Source: Octopus vulgaris (Eukaryota). Taken from it: a stretch of 64,000 bases of DNA. Of the stretch, positions 1 to 13,470 are shown piece by piece; position 1 is the stretch's first letter, and every line of letters starts with the position of its first letter. Location of the stretch: positions 9,424,001-9,488,000 of the forward strand of contig OX597832.1 in assembly GCA_951406725.2 (NCBI GenBank), given 5' to 3'. Both the position numbers and the translations under genes were made by a program. The notes under the pieces were generated by a model. It searched no databases. It saw only the letters and a program-made list of their open reading frames with translations, and had not been told where the DNA came from.

Positions 1-29
1 TGAAACTAGAGCTTGAATCTTTATCGCTT

Positions 30-1100
30 TAAAGTGTATCATAGATATATACATCTACGAAAAGCAGCGACATATTCACCTATAAGGGAGACGAAAATGC
101 AATATTATATTGAATGTCAGATTTGTTTATTATAATAACATAAGCATTATGAACAAACGCAAATATATCCGGATATATTTCATACATTATTAAATCAATA
201 CTGTGAGAAATCTCTTAACATTCGGTTTTCTTTCGCCACAGAAGTCTAAAGTCTGCATAGATTATAAAAGATAAATATATAGAAGCCAACTAACAAGAAC
301 CAGTCAGGACATTACAATCAGTAGTATGTTTATTCCTCTAGCCTACCATCTAAGATATTTACTGAGAGAATCACAGCTCTCAATATAATCACACAGTTCC
401 TAAACTAGTATTTGTAAAAGATCATTAAATGTTTGTCCTAACCAGAAGAAATATCTATCCTCGAGCATTTTTATCTAGATGCAACTACCATATCAATCGA
501 ACAAAGAGAAGAAAGCAAGTTTCATCCTTCTGAAAAAAAGCAATGGCTCCATCTCCCTTTTTGTTACACCTGACATCTAGGTCCACCCCCTCATGTGATA
601 ACAACACCTCTTAGCATTTAATAAAAGCTACATGAAACAAGTCAAGAACCAGAAATTTATAGACGCTGATCGAATGCGTTTTATGCTGTCTCATCAACCT
701 ATGCACCGCTCGAGGAGTTTTGTTATTGAAATCCATTATCCCCTACAGGAAGTCTTAAATGCTCTTTTACTGTCGGTCAAGAACAAATCATTTTAAGCCC
801 ACAAACCCTGGGCGAAGTGCTCTTGCCTTCATATATGAAAACGAAGTAAACGGAAAGAATCCTAGCGAGGCAGAACAAATAATGGTTGTATTTCAGTCAA
901 CCATTAATTATTATCGAAGTCCGTTTGACATTTTTATGTGATCTAAAATTAACAGATAGAAGCCAGATTAAATACAGTCTTACTCTAGTGTACATATATA
1001 TTGAAGTTGTAATCTTATTGGCTTGTTTCGTAGCGCATCTCTGACTGAAACAGCGACAATAGCAAATATTTTGTGAAAAGCGTACCAAATCCTAGAAAAG
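30..1100 (+). mobile_element. Highly decayed Penelope-like element, RT C-terminal region
   Basis: Broken-frame translations give YHRYI...SDIFT (RYIDDIF-like) near 35-80 and I*KPTNKNQSGHYN (YRKPT..QYLHY-like) near 278-317. Many stops and frameshifts; boundaries uncertain. Confidence 0.4.
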
Positions 1101-3577
1101 GGCTATTTCACAATCCCCACGGGAGACCTTTTATTCATCTGTTGAATTTGATCTTTGAATAATATTTGATCTTTGAATTTGATCTTTGAATAATATGCCA
1201 AACCAACGAGGGCTGTGGTGAGTAAAGTAGAGAGGTATCGACATCTGCTGCCTCAAAGACTGTAGGTCGACAAATTTACGGTGAAACATCTACTTCAAAT
1301 GTGATCGCAATCGTAATATACGGGTCGCCAAATACATGAGGCTTGGCCTATTTGAAAAAAAGGTGACATCATGACTATTCCCTCTTTACCTTCTTAAAAT
1401 AATATACAGCATATTTGTTAAAACTGACCAAATTTGCTCCATTATCTGCTGAAGATCACTATCAGTAATTTATTAGAATTCCGTACACTCAGGCTTACCT
1501 TATTTGATAGGGAAAATATTACTGTGACAAGAATATTTCACTGACGTTAGCATGGGGCATACGTAAACACGTATACATTTCAATACAGAAACGCAGCGAC
1601 ATGTATAATTTGAAAGAAGCCTCATAGGTAATGTAGTCAGATTTTAAAAAAATTATATATGCGATATAATTTAACTTAAAATAGTCTTTCTTGGTGGAAG
1701 CAATTTGAAATCGGGTGAATGTATACAATTTTGATGACACCCTAATATAGTCTTTCGATAAACAAAGTACGATCTTGTAAGTATAAATCTAAAGATAGAA
1801 ATGAAATGTAGTCAATAAAACCGTTCCCAGCAAAACCACATTTCAATTAATTAGAGAAGGAAAATAATGAATTTGTGCATATTAACGCAGGTTAGTAACG
1901 TGTATTATTGATTATTGATATTATTTCGTACCTTAAACGTATCTAAATAGATAACTCAAGTATTTAATGAGATTTCAATACAGACACGTTTCACTAGACT
2001 GCCATTTATTTGATACACAATAGAAATATCTAATTATTAATTTGTTTCCCAACGAATAGAATTATTTGTGTCGTTAAAAAATTTAAATTCGTGCGGAATG
2101 TACTCGAATGATATTAATATAATTATATTATATGTTATATTAAACTCATACCCTATTGAATCTCTACATAAACAGAATTTCTCTGCCTTTCATAACTGTT
2201 TGGAAATAGGAAGTCGAAATACTATAAAATTGATGCGAAACTTAGTTTATCATTGACTAAGTAAAAGCTTTTGATTGTGAATTGTATTTCATTAAGAAGC
2301 TTGTTGGAAGCCAGGAAAATCTGATAGTCTTTAGAGGCATTCATTGCTGTATTCATTAGCCGTAAGTAATTAGCTATTGAAGATTTACGTAATGAAGAAA
2401 TTCTTAAGAACTAATGGTATCACATTAATTGAGATGGATACACGAAATTAATTAACTCGGAATGCAAAGATGCCAAGGTGAATACAATCTGAGTAATTAT
2501 ATGAATAGGAATGAATACAGAATGCATTTAATATCTAAGTATCATCCAATTTATCTTAAAAAGTCAGGCGACATCACACACACGCACGCACCAATGCAGC
2601 TACATATAGGCAGAATGCTTCGCAAAATATACGAATACATATACATGTATCATCTCCTCTCCTCTATGCTCTACACATATGTGCGTCTATATGTATATAT
2701 AGTTATATAAATATAGACACAACGTTTACAACAATCCTATCAACAGAGAAACATGAGAAAGTGAAGACAAGTAGTAATTATAAATAAAACTGAAAATGAA
2801 ATAAATGCTTTAAAATAACGTTTCAGCGTTCAGACCTCCTACATTAATTTAGGTTGATACAAGAGGAAGAAATATAAATGATAAATTGAACAGACAACTT
2901 TAACAAAAATATATATGTGTGTGTTGTTTCTGTGAAGTCATTACGATACTGCCATATATCGAATGATTAGATGTGACCACGGAGGAATAACGTTTCATTC
3001 GCCCGAGTGCAGAGGAAACATTTTTGTGCAAATTATGGATGGTTATGTGCTTACATGTTTGCAGTTCGAACACATCCTTTCTGATTCAATTACATAAGGT
3101 GTGTTTTTATGAGTGTAGAAAAATAGCGCACCTGCTGGTGTGTGAGCATTTGTGCATTAATAGGTATAAGAAGTGTGAATCTTTCCTTGGATGTTAGATT
3201 CAATTTAATTGCCAATTCTTGCCTGAATATACATGAGTATATATACGTATATCTACGTCAATACACACAACACACCTGATTATGACTCTTGAGTACCTTT
3301 ATTAGGTAGTGAAATATACCACATTCTCCATTCTGCTTTGAATAGCACAGATATTGTTTACCGAGGAATAATTCAATTATATCATGGGTGTTGTAATTTT
3401 TTGTGACAAAGCTCTGAGAAGGCTATACATCTGTATGATCTCACATTTCCCGTCTATATTTATTTACATGCGTGGTCTCCCAACTTTTGTAATTTTCATT
3501 AGGAGAGTAAAAAAAATATATAGCTTACATTGTATTCCATTGTAAACCTAGTCGGCGTGTGCACACTTAACACCTTA

Positions 3578-3616
<39 letters not shown>

Positions 3617-3619
3617 TCA

Positions 3620-3826
3620 AAATGTGACCGCGTGTGTACCGTTGGCGATTTTTTTCCTCCGTCTTCCCTTCTCTGGATCTTTCCTTTTCCTATGTTTCTG
3701 ACGAAGAGCTCCGCTCGAAACACTCCTTCTTCCCTTCCTTCCTGAGCGTCCAATAATACTATATTCGTTCCACGTCCTCGCGTTGTTGTGTTTTCTCTTG
3801 GTGTTTTCATGTTTAGATTAACTTTA
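3620..3826 (+). mobile_element. Penelope-type pLTR/retrozyme-like repeat (family A) with hammerhead motif, between (TA)n tracts
   Basis: Shares the downstream block ttcctgagcgtccaataatact..cgtcctcgcgttgttg with 23700-23895 and, more loosely, with 62665-62830 (-). Confidence 0.6.
3694..3725 (+). ncRNA. Minimal type I hammerhead ribozyme relic; stem III/cleavage site apparently deleted
   Basis: gttt-CTGACGA-a-GAGC-tcc-GCTC-GAAAC-act: both core boxes and a 4-bp stem II are intact, but no GUH triplet follows. Confidence 0.6.
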
Positions 3827-3927
3827 TATATATACACATATATATAAATATATATATGCATATATATATATATATATATATATGTATACAGTTATGTATA
3901 TATATAACGTATATATATATATATATA

Positions 3928-3995
<68 letters not shown>

Positions 3996-4612
3996 ATGTG
4001 TGTGTATAGGTATTGAATTCGGACATAAAGTTACCAGTAAGCTGCTACAGAGTGTCGAGCTATCGCATCTCTCAAATTTCAGTTAAGCGTTTTCTACTAT
4101 TAATCTAAGTGATCATTAACATTATATACTGTCTCTTATTGATGCTAAATATGTTAAAACGACGAAGACATTTTCATTTGTTACAATGAACACATTTTTG
4201 TCACTTGAACCGACACAAGTATTTTGTAGCCAATATATTTTAACGCAGCTTTCACCATAAGATTCATCTCATAGAACTCTTTCATCTCTGCATCGTTATT
4301 TTATAGTTTTCTTTTACAATAGCTGAGATATTTTGATTCAAAGTCAATTCTGGAGATTATTTACATTTTTTCACACACTTGAAGCCAAACTGCGTTTTTT
4401 GTAGCATTTTTTTAAAAACGTAGTTAACCTACACTTCTCTTCTAAAATGAAAGAATATATTGACTTTCCCATTTTGACCGCACATATTTCGATATCCTTT
4501 TTTTGGATGAACTATTCAATATGGTTGAAAAGTGAATTAAGGATGAAGACTAGAAGTCATAGGGTTTGATGATGTCTATCTATCTATTTAACCCTCTCTC
4601 TATCTCTCTCTC

Positions 4613-4649
<37 letters not shown>

Positions 4650-5394
4650 CCTGGCTGTCTCTCACTCTATCTACGTTAAATATATTAGTGTCATATATAA
4701 AATATAGTGTGACAGATACACACATCCCCTTATATTCTAAATCCAATGAGCATTGAATTGTTTTTTCCGTTAATTTTCTGTCGAAAAAATTATTTTAGTA
4801 TCGTGGACGAAAAGATTATTGAGTTTATAGTTTATAGAAGATACAGTGGAAGTAGTATAGGGTATTACCGGGAATATTATATTACCGGAATATTTGATAT
4901 ATTAATACGAAGACGCTCAAATACATAATATTCAGGTACTGATCGATACATGAAGTACAATTCGGGTACTTGGCAATTAATTGGGAAATTGTAATATTCT
5001 ATTCTTTTGTCAATACTGTATACACCATTTCCTTACGAAGGTACACGTATAGCATTTATAATTTCTACAGAAGCAGTTAGGTTGTATTCTCTGCAGCATT
5101 TTAGAAATAGGGATATTTAACGAGTATAAGTATTATTGAATCCTAATTAGATTTTCATTGATTTGTACATTCAGCAATACTTAAGTAAAACTTTTTTGAC
5201 ACTGTCATCATATGTAATAAAACGCTTTGGCATTGTAATTGTGTTAATAAATATTTTTGAGATTAATAAACTCTGAACACCTGCTGTTTCATTAGTAATA
5301 TTTACACTTAGAAGGTAAATCTCTATTCAATAATGAGTTCATATGAATAAGGAATATTTTTCTCCAAGAACAATTTCTAATATTTGTTTTAAAA

Positions 5395-5820
5395 TTTTGG
5401 CAGAATTCCATCAATTTTATGGAAATGAAGAAAGCAATTATATCGATAGCAGTAACAGAAATGTTTATTATTCTAATGAACCAAAGAAAATGAAATGTAA
5501 AATATACCTGGGTAGCGTTTGAACTCAGATCGTAAAATGCGAGCAGAAAAGTCGTTAAGCGTTTGCCTTGTAGATAAGAATTCTGAAAGCTCTCAACTTA
5601 TAGTTCTGTAATAGTACTTACTAAGCACCATCACTGAAGTTTGGAGGAATAGTGTAGGTCGACTATATCGAAAACAATGCCCAACTGATGCATATTTCAT
5701 TTACTCCGAAAGAATGGCAAAGAAAGTAGACTTTCGTGTATAATTCAACTGAAAATGTAATGACGGATTAAATGGTGTTAAGCATTTCCTCCTGTGTGGA
5801 AACTACTTTGTCAGGGCAAT
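5395..5820 (-). mobile_element. Two old, degraded copies of SINE family B
   Basis: Remnants such as tttgaactcagatcgtaaa and gtcgactatatcgaaaacaatgcccaactg resemble the better copy at 14925-15262. Confidence 0.45.
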
Positions 5821-6138
5821 GCCTTTATCAACCTATAAAACTGGATTTCATAATATATAGGGCATTCGCTCGTGTTTGCATTGCCATTGTTGTTCATGTC
5901 GATTTGTAGAAACGGAATAGAGCAGAGAGACGTTCTCTAATCCGGTGGAAATATCTACCATGCACAAAGCGATATACATATATAAATACATACGTACATA
6001 TAAACACATATACATACAATACATATATTTTTTTTCATATGTATATATATTTATACGTATATTTTTATATGCACATATATATATATATATATATATTAAT
6101 ATAAATATATGTGTATACACACACACACACATACATAC

Positions 6139-6185
<47 letters not shown>

Positions 6186-6201
6186 CGTGGTGGTGCAATG
6201 G

Positions 6202-6305
<104 letters not shown>

Positions 6306-6310
6306 CATAC

Positions 6311-6632
6311 GTGGTGGTGCAATGGCCTAGTCGTTAGGGCAGCGGACTCGCTGTCGTAGGATGTCGGTTTCGATTCCCAGACCGGGTGTTGTGAGTGTTT
6401 ATTGAGCGAAAACACCTAAAAAGCTCCACGAGGCTCCGGCAGGGGGTGGTGATCCCTGCTGTACTCTTTCACCACTCTTTCTCCCACTTTCTTCTGTTGG
6501 TCTACTCACTTAGACAGTGGGGTGGCGTCGTTCGAAGGCTAAAACAATGCGAACGCATTGTGACCAGTGATGTGTAGCAACATCTGATGGTCTGGTCGGT
6601 CACGTGATCACGTGATCACGTGATCACGTGAT
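6311..6632 (+). mobile_element. tRNA-derived SINE with (CACGTGAT)n tail
   Basis: A-box-like tggcctagtcg, B-box-like gtttcgattcc, about 320 bp, ending in four CACGTGAT units (6601-6632). Confidence 0.8.
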
Positions 6633-6649
6633 ATATATATATATATATA

Positions 6650-7456
6650 CAGGGAGCGATGAGTAAATTAATTTCGCGCATACGCATTGTTATTTTTCAT
6701 TTTGTCGACCACACAATATAATACAGGCAGTTGGGCACCGTCTGTGAGAAAAACAGTACTGTGACGCAATTAACTCAGCCAGAAATTTGTAAACGACATG
6801 CTGTTGTGCTTCGCATTGAAGACGGAAGCTGAAATTTTAAAGTGTTTTGTTGTCAATCTCAAGGCAGTGCAATTTGAGGACACGTAGCGAGAGTGATAAT
6901 TATAAAACATTTAGCCAACATCATGGTGTTTGGAGTGATCACTGGTGATGCCTCCGTTTCTCTTCTCACATGTCCTCAGACTCAACACGGAGGCCTACAT
7001 AAAGTTCCGGGAGGAGATAGTGCTGCCGTGGGTCAAGACAGTGGCTGCTAGAAGACCATATATCTGGCAACAATACTCTGCACCATGCTACATAGGCAAG
7101 AGAACCCAGTCATAGCTTTTAAAATATTTCTGCGACCACATTACCCCTAAAATTTGGCCACGTAACTCCCCAGACTACATCGCCTTGATTATTATGTACG
7201 AGTGCAGTTGAGCGACGGATCAGCGAAACTCCTTGTAACACCAAAGCTGCAACGAACACAAGGACACTGTCCAGAGGAGATGCGGGAGATTCTAAAGGGC
7301 CTTGGTTGAAGGCAATGGTGATTTTAATGCATAAATATACTCTGGGGTATTTCAAATTGTTTTATGTAATTTTGGTAAATATATCTGTTAAAATGAGGCG
7401 TCAGTGGTATTTTCATGTTTGCGTAATTTACACGACAATTTCTTCACTGCACCCTG
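6650..7456 (+). mobile_element. Internally deleted Tc1/mariner transposon, maT/DD37D-like
   Basis: TA|cagggagcgatgagtaaatt ... aatttcttcactgcaccctg|TA: imperfect TIRs with TA TSD. Peptide relics IMVFGVI, VLPWVKTVAARRPYIWQQYSAPC and ITPKIWPRNSPD. Confidence 0.85.
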
Positions 7457-8186
7457 TAAATTGAAATAAGGAAACTATGTGCACCATGTTGAATGACTTA
7501 CCCAACGTTTGGAATTATATCCCTTGCAATAGGAAGTGTCACAAACGATGGGACAGAATATGGCTTGATATTTTATCAAATAAATTTCAGTCAGTCTTAC
7601 TTTGAAGTGCACTTGTGTTTGCATCTCTTTGGGTGGCGTATTGCCTACAAAAATTAATATAATTATAGGCAGCTAAAAACGAGACCCTATTCTATGCATT
7701 ATCTTCATTACAAACCTAATTATAGAAATTGTTGATCTTGCAGAGAAATAACGTTGAATGAAATTTTATAATTAATGGTGACATATCTTGCTTTCAATTT
7801 CACAAATGTCAGTTTTCATTTGGCCATTCTTGATCTAAAGTCATGGGGATATATATTTGTATTATACTACATTTAATTTATCTTATTATCAGAATAATAT
7901 TTCGTAGCACAAATCAATCTCTGTAAATGAATTCACTAATCGATTTACTCAACAGGAGTATGCTTTCTCCAACCGAATATAAGGAGCCCATTATATGTCT
8001 ACACTAGTACAAATGCACCCAAATTAGACCTAAAATCTGAGTATATATGGTATTCTACATAGCAGGAATCGTGTGCAAGAATGACTAAAATACTGGCAAC
8101 TAATTAAAATGATGCCAGTTACATTCAAATAAAATCTTACTAGAAAGTGGTTACGAACTTTTACAGAAATATTGTATTGTTCGGAG

Positions 8187-8237
<51 letters not shown>

Positions 8238-8682
8238 TGTTTGTATGTGTGTGCACGCTCGAGTATGTTCCATATGCATTCCAAAACCAAATTGCCGATC
8301 TTCACGCAAGAGGTATCAAAAGAGTCAGTAAGCTTTTGGCGACCAACTAAACTATGTTTTTATTCACATATTTGCATTGCAAAACGCAACATTTTCATTT
8401 TTGTTTTAGTCACCTATTTTAAACGAAATTTTATATCACCACTACAACGACGATGACCTCATATTTTCTATATGAGTTTGCACGTTAGTTACTTACGTTA
8501 GGCTGATGATTGACAAGTATATGTGTGAATGGTGTGTGTCTGTCACTACACATACATTTTTATGACGACTGATCCACACACCAACACACATCTAAAGACA
8601 AGAACACACACACAGAGGAACAGAGATAGGATTCAGGTGTGCGTTAATGTAGCTGTGTGTCTCTTAATTTATATATATATAT

Positions 8683-8835
8683 ATAACTCCCCCCACCAAC
8701 AGTGAAACGCGCCGATATTGAAAGTTTACTTGCAGCCTGGAATTCAAACAGGCAACGTTCTCTTTCAAGTACTACCAATACTTCCAGGCACTACCAGCAG
8801 CACTTTCAATACTCACAAATATATCTGGGGGAAGT
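8683..8835. repeat. Degenerate inverted repeat, possible MITE relic
   Basis: actccccccac..tattgaaagt..gcctggaa is mirrored by ttccaggc..actttcaata..tgggggaagta. Confidence 0.4.
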
Positions 8836-10093
8836 AGAAAGCCTTAGCGCCTCTTTCAATATAATTACAGAAATATTATTCCATTCCTTCTAACTAACCA
8901 GTTTCAAGATAATGTTTTCTTTTTTACAGTCCTTGTATTCTTCATCACTGTGTATATCAACGTCACACAACATTTACTCAATATTTATTCTACGTTACAC
9001 AGTTCAAAAATATAGAGTAATGTGAAATCAGTTTATATCTTACTAAATACATCCTTCGGCAAATGTGCTTAAATTAACACTCACAACAACAGCGAATTCT
9101 TATGTATACACTTCGTTCAGCGTTCGTTTCAATATTGTAAGAGAAATCATTTTTGCATAAAAAAATTGAATTAAGCCTTCCGAATTCTCACTTTCTTCAC
9201 GATGACATTCATTCAATCATGAATTTTATAATATTTAGTATATGTCCCAAATAAATGTTCACTTTCTGTGCTATTTTGCATTGCTGACGCATACTAACTT
9301 TTGATAAATTGGTGACTTTTTATAGCATAACTATGCTACAAAAAGCATGTTTTGCAACCAAAATTACGACTGTGACGAAGTGTGAATAATGAATATAATG
9401 CTTCTCCGAATTAGTCACATGTGTATTAAAATAAAGAAAGCTGTTTATTATCTATCTACCCCAAAAGACTGTGTTTTTGACTCAACAACAAACTTTTACA
9501 ATTAAAATAACCTCGTAACTAGGTTGGGTCGCACAATTTTGAAGTCATTTTCCGGCAATATTTTGTTTTACTTCAAATGTATCACTTTCGTCACATGTTT
9601 CACACATGCGTAGAATTCTACTTTGACACAAGGGAAAGGCCGTAAATTTTACATTGAGCAAACTGATGATTCATTTAAAAATATTTATTGTAACCATGTC
9701 ACCAGATTTAAAAGAATCAATAAGAGACATTCAACATAAGTTGCCGATTATATATAGCGAGTGAAGGAGGCGAACATTGAGTAAAAATTAATTTCGAGGA
9801 TATACCGTCTCTGCTCCAAGGAATTCCTGCTTATTTTGTCGATCAATGAGAAGATGATTAATGGAATTTCTGAAAGTCGCTGAAGATATTTCCTTTGTTT
9901 TGTTGCTCTTAAATGTTCGAAATGAGAAGATACTTTGCGGAACTGCTATTTTATTGAGGTGTGCCTATTTATTACCCGATGAGATACATCTGTACAGCCG
10001 GATGCTCCTGCACAAGGTGTTAAGTGCCCCATCCCTGAGAGATCGATGCTAGACATGTCGAAAGAAGTCTCGTGATTAATAATAAATTTTCGA

Positions 10094-10312
10094 AGGCAGC
10101 GAGCTGGCAGGAACGTTAGCACGCCGGGCTAAATGCTTAGCGGCATTTCGTCTGTCTTTACGTTCTGAGTTCAAATTCCGCCGAGGTCGGCTTTGCCTTT
10201 CATCCCTTTCGATGTCGATACGTTAAGTACCAGTTGCTTAGTGAGGTCGATCTAATCAACTGGCCCTGTCCCCCAAAATTTCGGGCCTGTGCCCAGAGCA
10301 GAAAAGAATAAT
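10094..10312 (+). mobile_element. tRNA-derived SINE family B, full length
   Basis: ggcagcgagctggcagg..gagttcaaattccgccgaggtcggctttgcctttcatcc..; further copies occur in this window. Confidence 0.85.
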
Positions 10313-10659
10313 AATTTCACATGCATTCCATATTCCGTCTGCCATTTACCATTTACACACACACACATACATATTTGTATGTATATATATATATACATGT
10401 GTGTGTGTGCGTGTGTGTATTTGTGTGTACGTGTACATGTGTTTGACTTTGTGTGTATGTATGTACAAATATATACAGATATATGTAAGCATTTATATAT
10501 ACATACATACATGCATACAAACATACATATAATATTTCGTGATAGAAAATTCAACAAAAACGGTGCTCCATCCGGTGAGATATAAGTACTATTTATTTAA
10601 CGGGCACAATACTTGTATTTAAGCACTCCTAATAGTTTTATATATTGAAACATACGATA

Positions 10660-10787
10660 GGCTTCCGCCCCCAGCTTTTCGCGTTTCTTCTATTATACAT
10701 TTTCTTTTAGTTCGTTGCGGTATCTGGATTGCGCCTGCAGAAAACGTTTGAGCATATCTCAACATACTAAACTATCACTAGAATCTA
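10660..10787 (+). mobile_element. Truncated pLTR-like repeat (family C) with degenerate hammerhead
   Basis: Homologous to 27560-27700: gcgc-CTGCAGA-aaacgtttgag-catat-ctcaacata-CTAAAC-tatcacta. Confidence 0.5.
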
Positions 10788-10817
10788 ATTATGTGTGTGT
10801 GTATGTATTTCTATGAG

Positions 10818-10878
<61 letters not shown>

Positions 10879-10941
10879 GTATGTGTATGTATGTGTATAT
10901 ATATAAATATATATATATATATATACTTATATGTGTATACA

Positions 10942-11008
<67 letters not shown>

Positions 11009-11017
11009 GTATGTATA

Positions 11018-12013
11018 CCGTGTGCAGTGGTGAATAAATTGTCGTCTCCATTACGCAAAAGTAATACTGACATCTGATTTTAACAAATATTTTACCAAAA
11101 TTACATAAGAATATTTTGAAATACTACAGATTAAATTCATTCAATAAAATTGCCATAGGCATCAACTACCTCCTCCGTATGACTTTGGAATCGCCTACGA
11201 CTCTTCTGCACAGTCTTCTTGTTTAAGTTGGTGAATACTGCCATAATATTTGCTTTCAGTTCACCGTTAGTGATATAAAGAGATTTGTTGGTCTCTCACC
11301 ACGCATGATAATCAAGGTGGTTACAATCCGAGGAGATATGTGACCAGGTTTTAAGGGTGATTGTTTGACAGCCACGATAGGTTCTGCTGTTTGTGTTGCA
11401 TGATGCAGTGTATTGTTGCTAGACACAGAGTCTCCCAGCAGCCACCTTTTTGACCCATAGCACCACTACCTTCTCCAGGCACTTGATGTAGGCCTCCCTG
11501 TTGAGTCTCATGCGTTTGGGAAGATAAATGGAGGCCTGACGTCGCCATCACTGGTCATCAGTCCAAAAACCATGATGTTGATTGGATGCTTGTTTTTCTC
11601 TCAGTCGCGGTATATGTCTTGGGGACACGGGAAGCTAACGGTTGTTCTGTGTGTTAACCAACCGTTCATGGTAGAAATTTTCTCGTCTGAGACAAACAAA
11701 AGCATTTTCCTTTCGAGGAGATGATTGAGTGTGTTCAAAAGTTTCGTAGCGCGGTCTTGTCATGTCCTTCATGGCTTGAAATAAATTATTGTCCCGTTAT
11801 ACTACCTGCCTGATAAGAAACCCAGGCAGTTCCATGTACCTGGCGATGTACCTGATTGACTTGGAGGGATCGTTGTCAATCATGACTTGCATCTCACCAA
11901 GAGATTCAGGATTTTGTTTCGTATCAAAACGATCTGAGTGTGATTTCCCAGGTGCTGTACGTTCGTAATCACCATTATACTCATCCAACTCTTTCCGAAT
12001 TCTCTGCACTGTC
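11018..12013 (-). mobile_element. maT/DD37D-like transposon, 3' portion of the transposase
   Basis: Same family as 6650-7456. The minus-strand ORF contains TVQRIRKELDE..DNDPSKSIRYIARYM; TIR relic at 11018-11040. Confidence 0.85.
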
Positions 12014-12061
12014 ATATATATATGCATGTACATATCGATGTATATAATGTATATATATATA

Positions 12062-12385
12062 TAATAATAAATATTAGGGAATAAATCCAAACTTACAGGG
12101 AAAAATCAGATTTAGGATTGAATCCAATTTTATAGTAAAATATTATATTATATTAAATTAGAGACAAAACCACTATTAGGCAAATCAAACAATGAAAAAC
12201 TTAAGCCAATACATATGATTAATTTATATTATTTAAATATGTAACAAAATTATTAAAAAAATATAATTAATATTAATTATATTTTTTTAATAATTTTGTT
12301 ACATATTTAAATAATATAAATTAATCATATGTATTGGCTTAAGTTTTTCATTGTTTGATTTGCCTAATAGTGGTTTTGTCTCTAA

Positions 12386-12394
<9 letters not shown>
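12062..12394. repeat. AT-rich repeat end forming a perfect 246-bp palindrome (12149-12394) within (TA)n
   Basis: Base-by-base symmetry about 12271/12272 with no spacer; the left arm extends about 85 bp further without a partner. Confidence 0.9.
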
Positions 12395-12437
<43 letters not shown>

Positions 12438-12468
12438 GCATACATGTCAATATAGATAAATATAGATA

Positions 12469-12539
<71 letters not shown>

Positions 12540-13228
12540 AAAGAGAGAGAGAGATGGATAGATAGATACATACAAATACATATATATTTATGTAACTATG
12601 TATATACCTAAATGTATGTGTGTAATTGTACATATATATGTATGTGTATACACGTATATGTGGAGCATTTATATCATGTATGTACATATGTATGTACGAA
12701 TGTTATAGCCAGTCTCTAATCCAAAAGTATATTACTCAACTTCTACTGCACCATTTTAAAGTAAATAAAGTAAATATGTGTCGAAATATAGACAACTGAA
12801 ATGTAATCATTAGTAATGGAACAATGTAGTTACCAACTTCGGAAAGATTGGTAAGAAAATATTTTATATACTCACATGTATTCTTCTGAGACTTCTTCTT
12901 CTGGCGGTTCCCCATATTTAGCTGTATAATTTGTATAACTTAACTTTACTGATGCCTATATGAATAGCTGTGTAGAATGTGTGTGCGTGAGTAGTTACGT
13001 GAGACACTTTAAATCAATTTGAAAACTATTAATGTGTAAATTGATCCAATCGAGACTATTGCTTCGAGAATCTAAGTAGAGTATTTCAGTATATTTATGA
13101 AAAATTGAAGATAGTAATATTTCTTAAACTATGTTATATCAATTTACTTCCGCCATTACTAAGTGGAAGTTTTGTTGTTATGTATTAAGTAAATATATGG
13201 CAGCTTTACAATCTTCAGCAACTGAATA

Positions 13229-13470
13229 TACAATTTGCGATGGGTAAATTGACGCCATTTTATAATTTTAATTTCTCATTGTGTAATTTTGAGTTTGTAG
13301 ACTACAGTGTATAGTAGGCTCATGTGGCAACTTCTGGCTGTAAAACAACAACATGACGCAATCAATTCACTCTGTAACAAATTTGGAAACGGCATGCTCT
13401 TCTGCTTAGCATTCGTATCGGAAGCGCCAATACAAAAATTTCAGAGTGTTTGGATGTCAATTGAATGAGG
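13229..13470 (+). mobile_element. maT/DD37D-like transposon, 5' fragment with TIR
   Basis: ta-caatttgcgatgggtaaatt TIR relic, then atgacgcaa..IWKRHALLLSIRIGSANTKISECLDVN, matching 6760-6860. Confidence 0.7.

Noticed and set aside
1450-1500. ctgCTGAAGAtcac..tcagg after the first Penelope-like relic
   Set aside because: No GAAA box or convincing stem II; too decayed to call a hammerhead.
6311-6385. tRNA gene
   Set aside because: The A/B boxes run into a SINE body, and no complete cloverleaf is evident.
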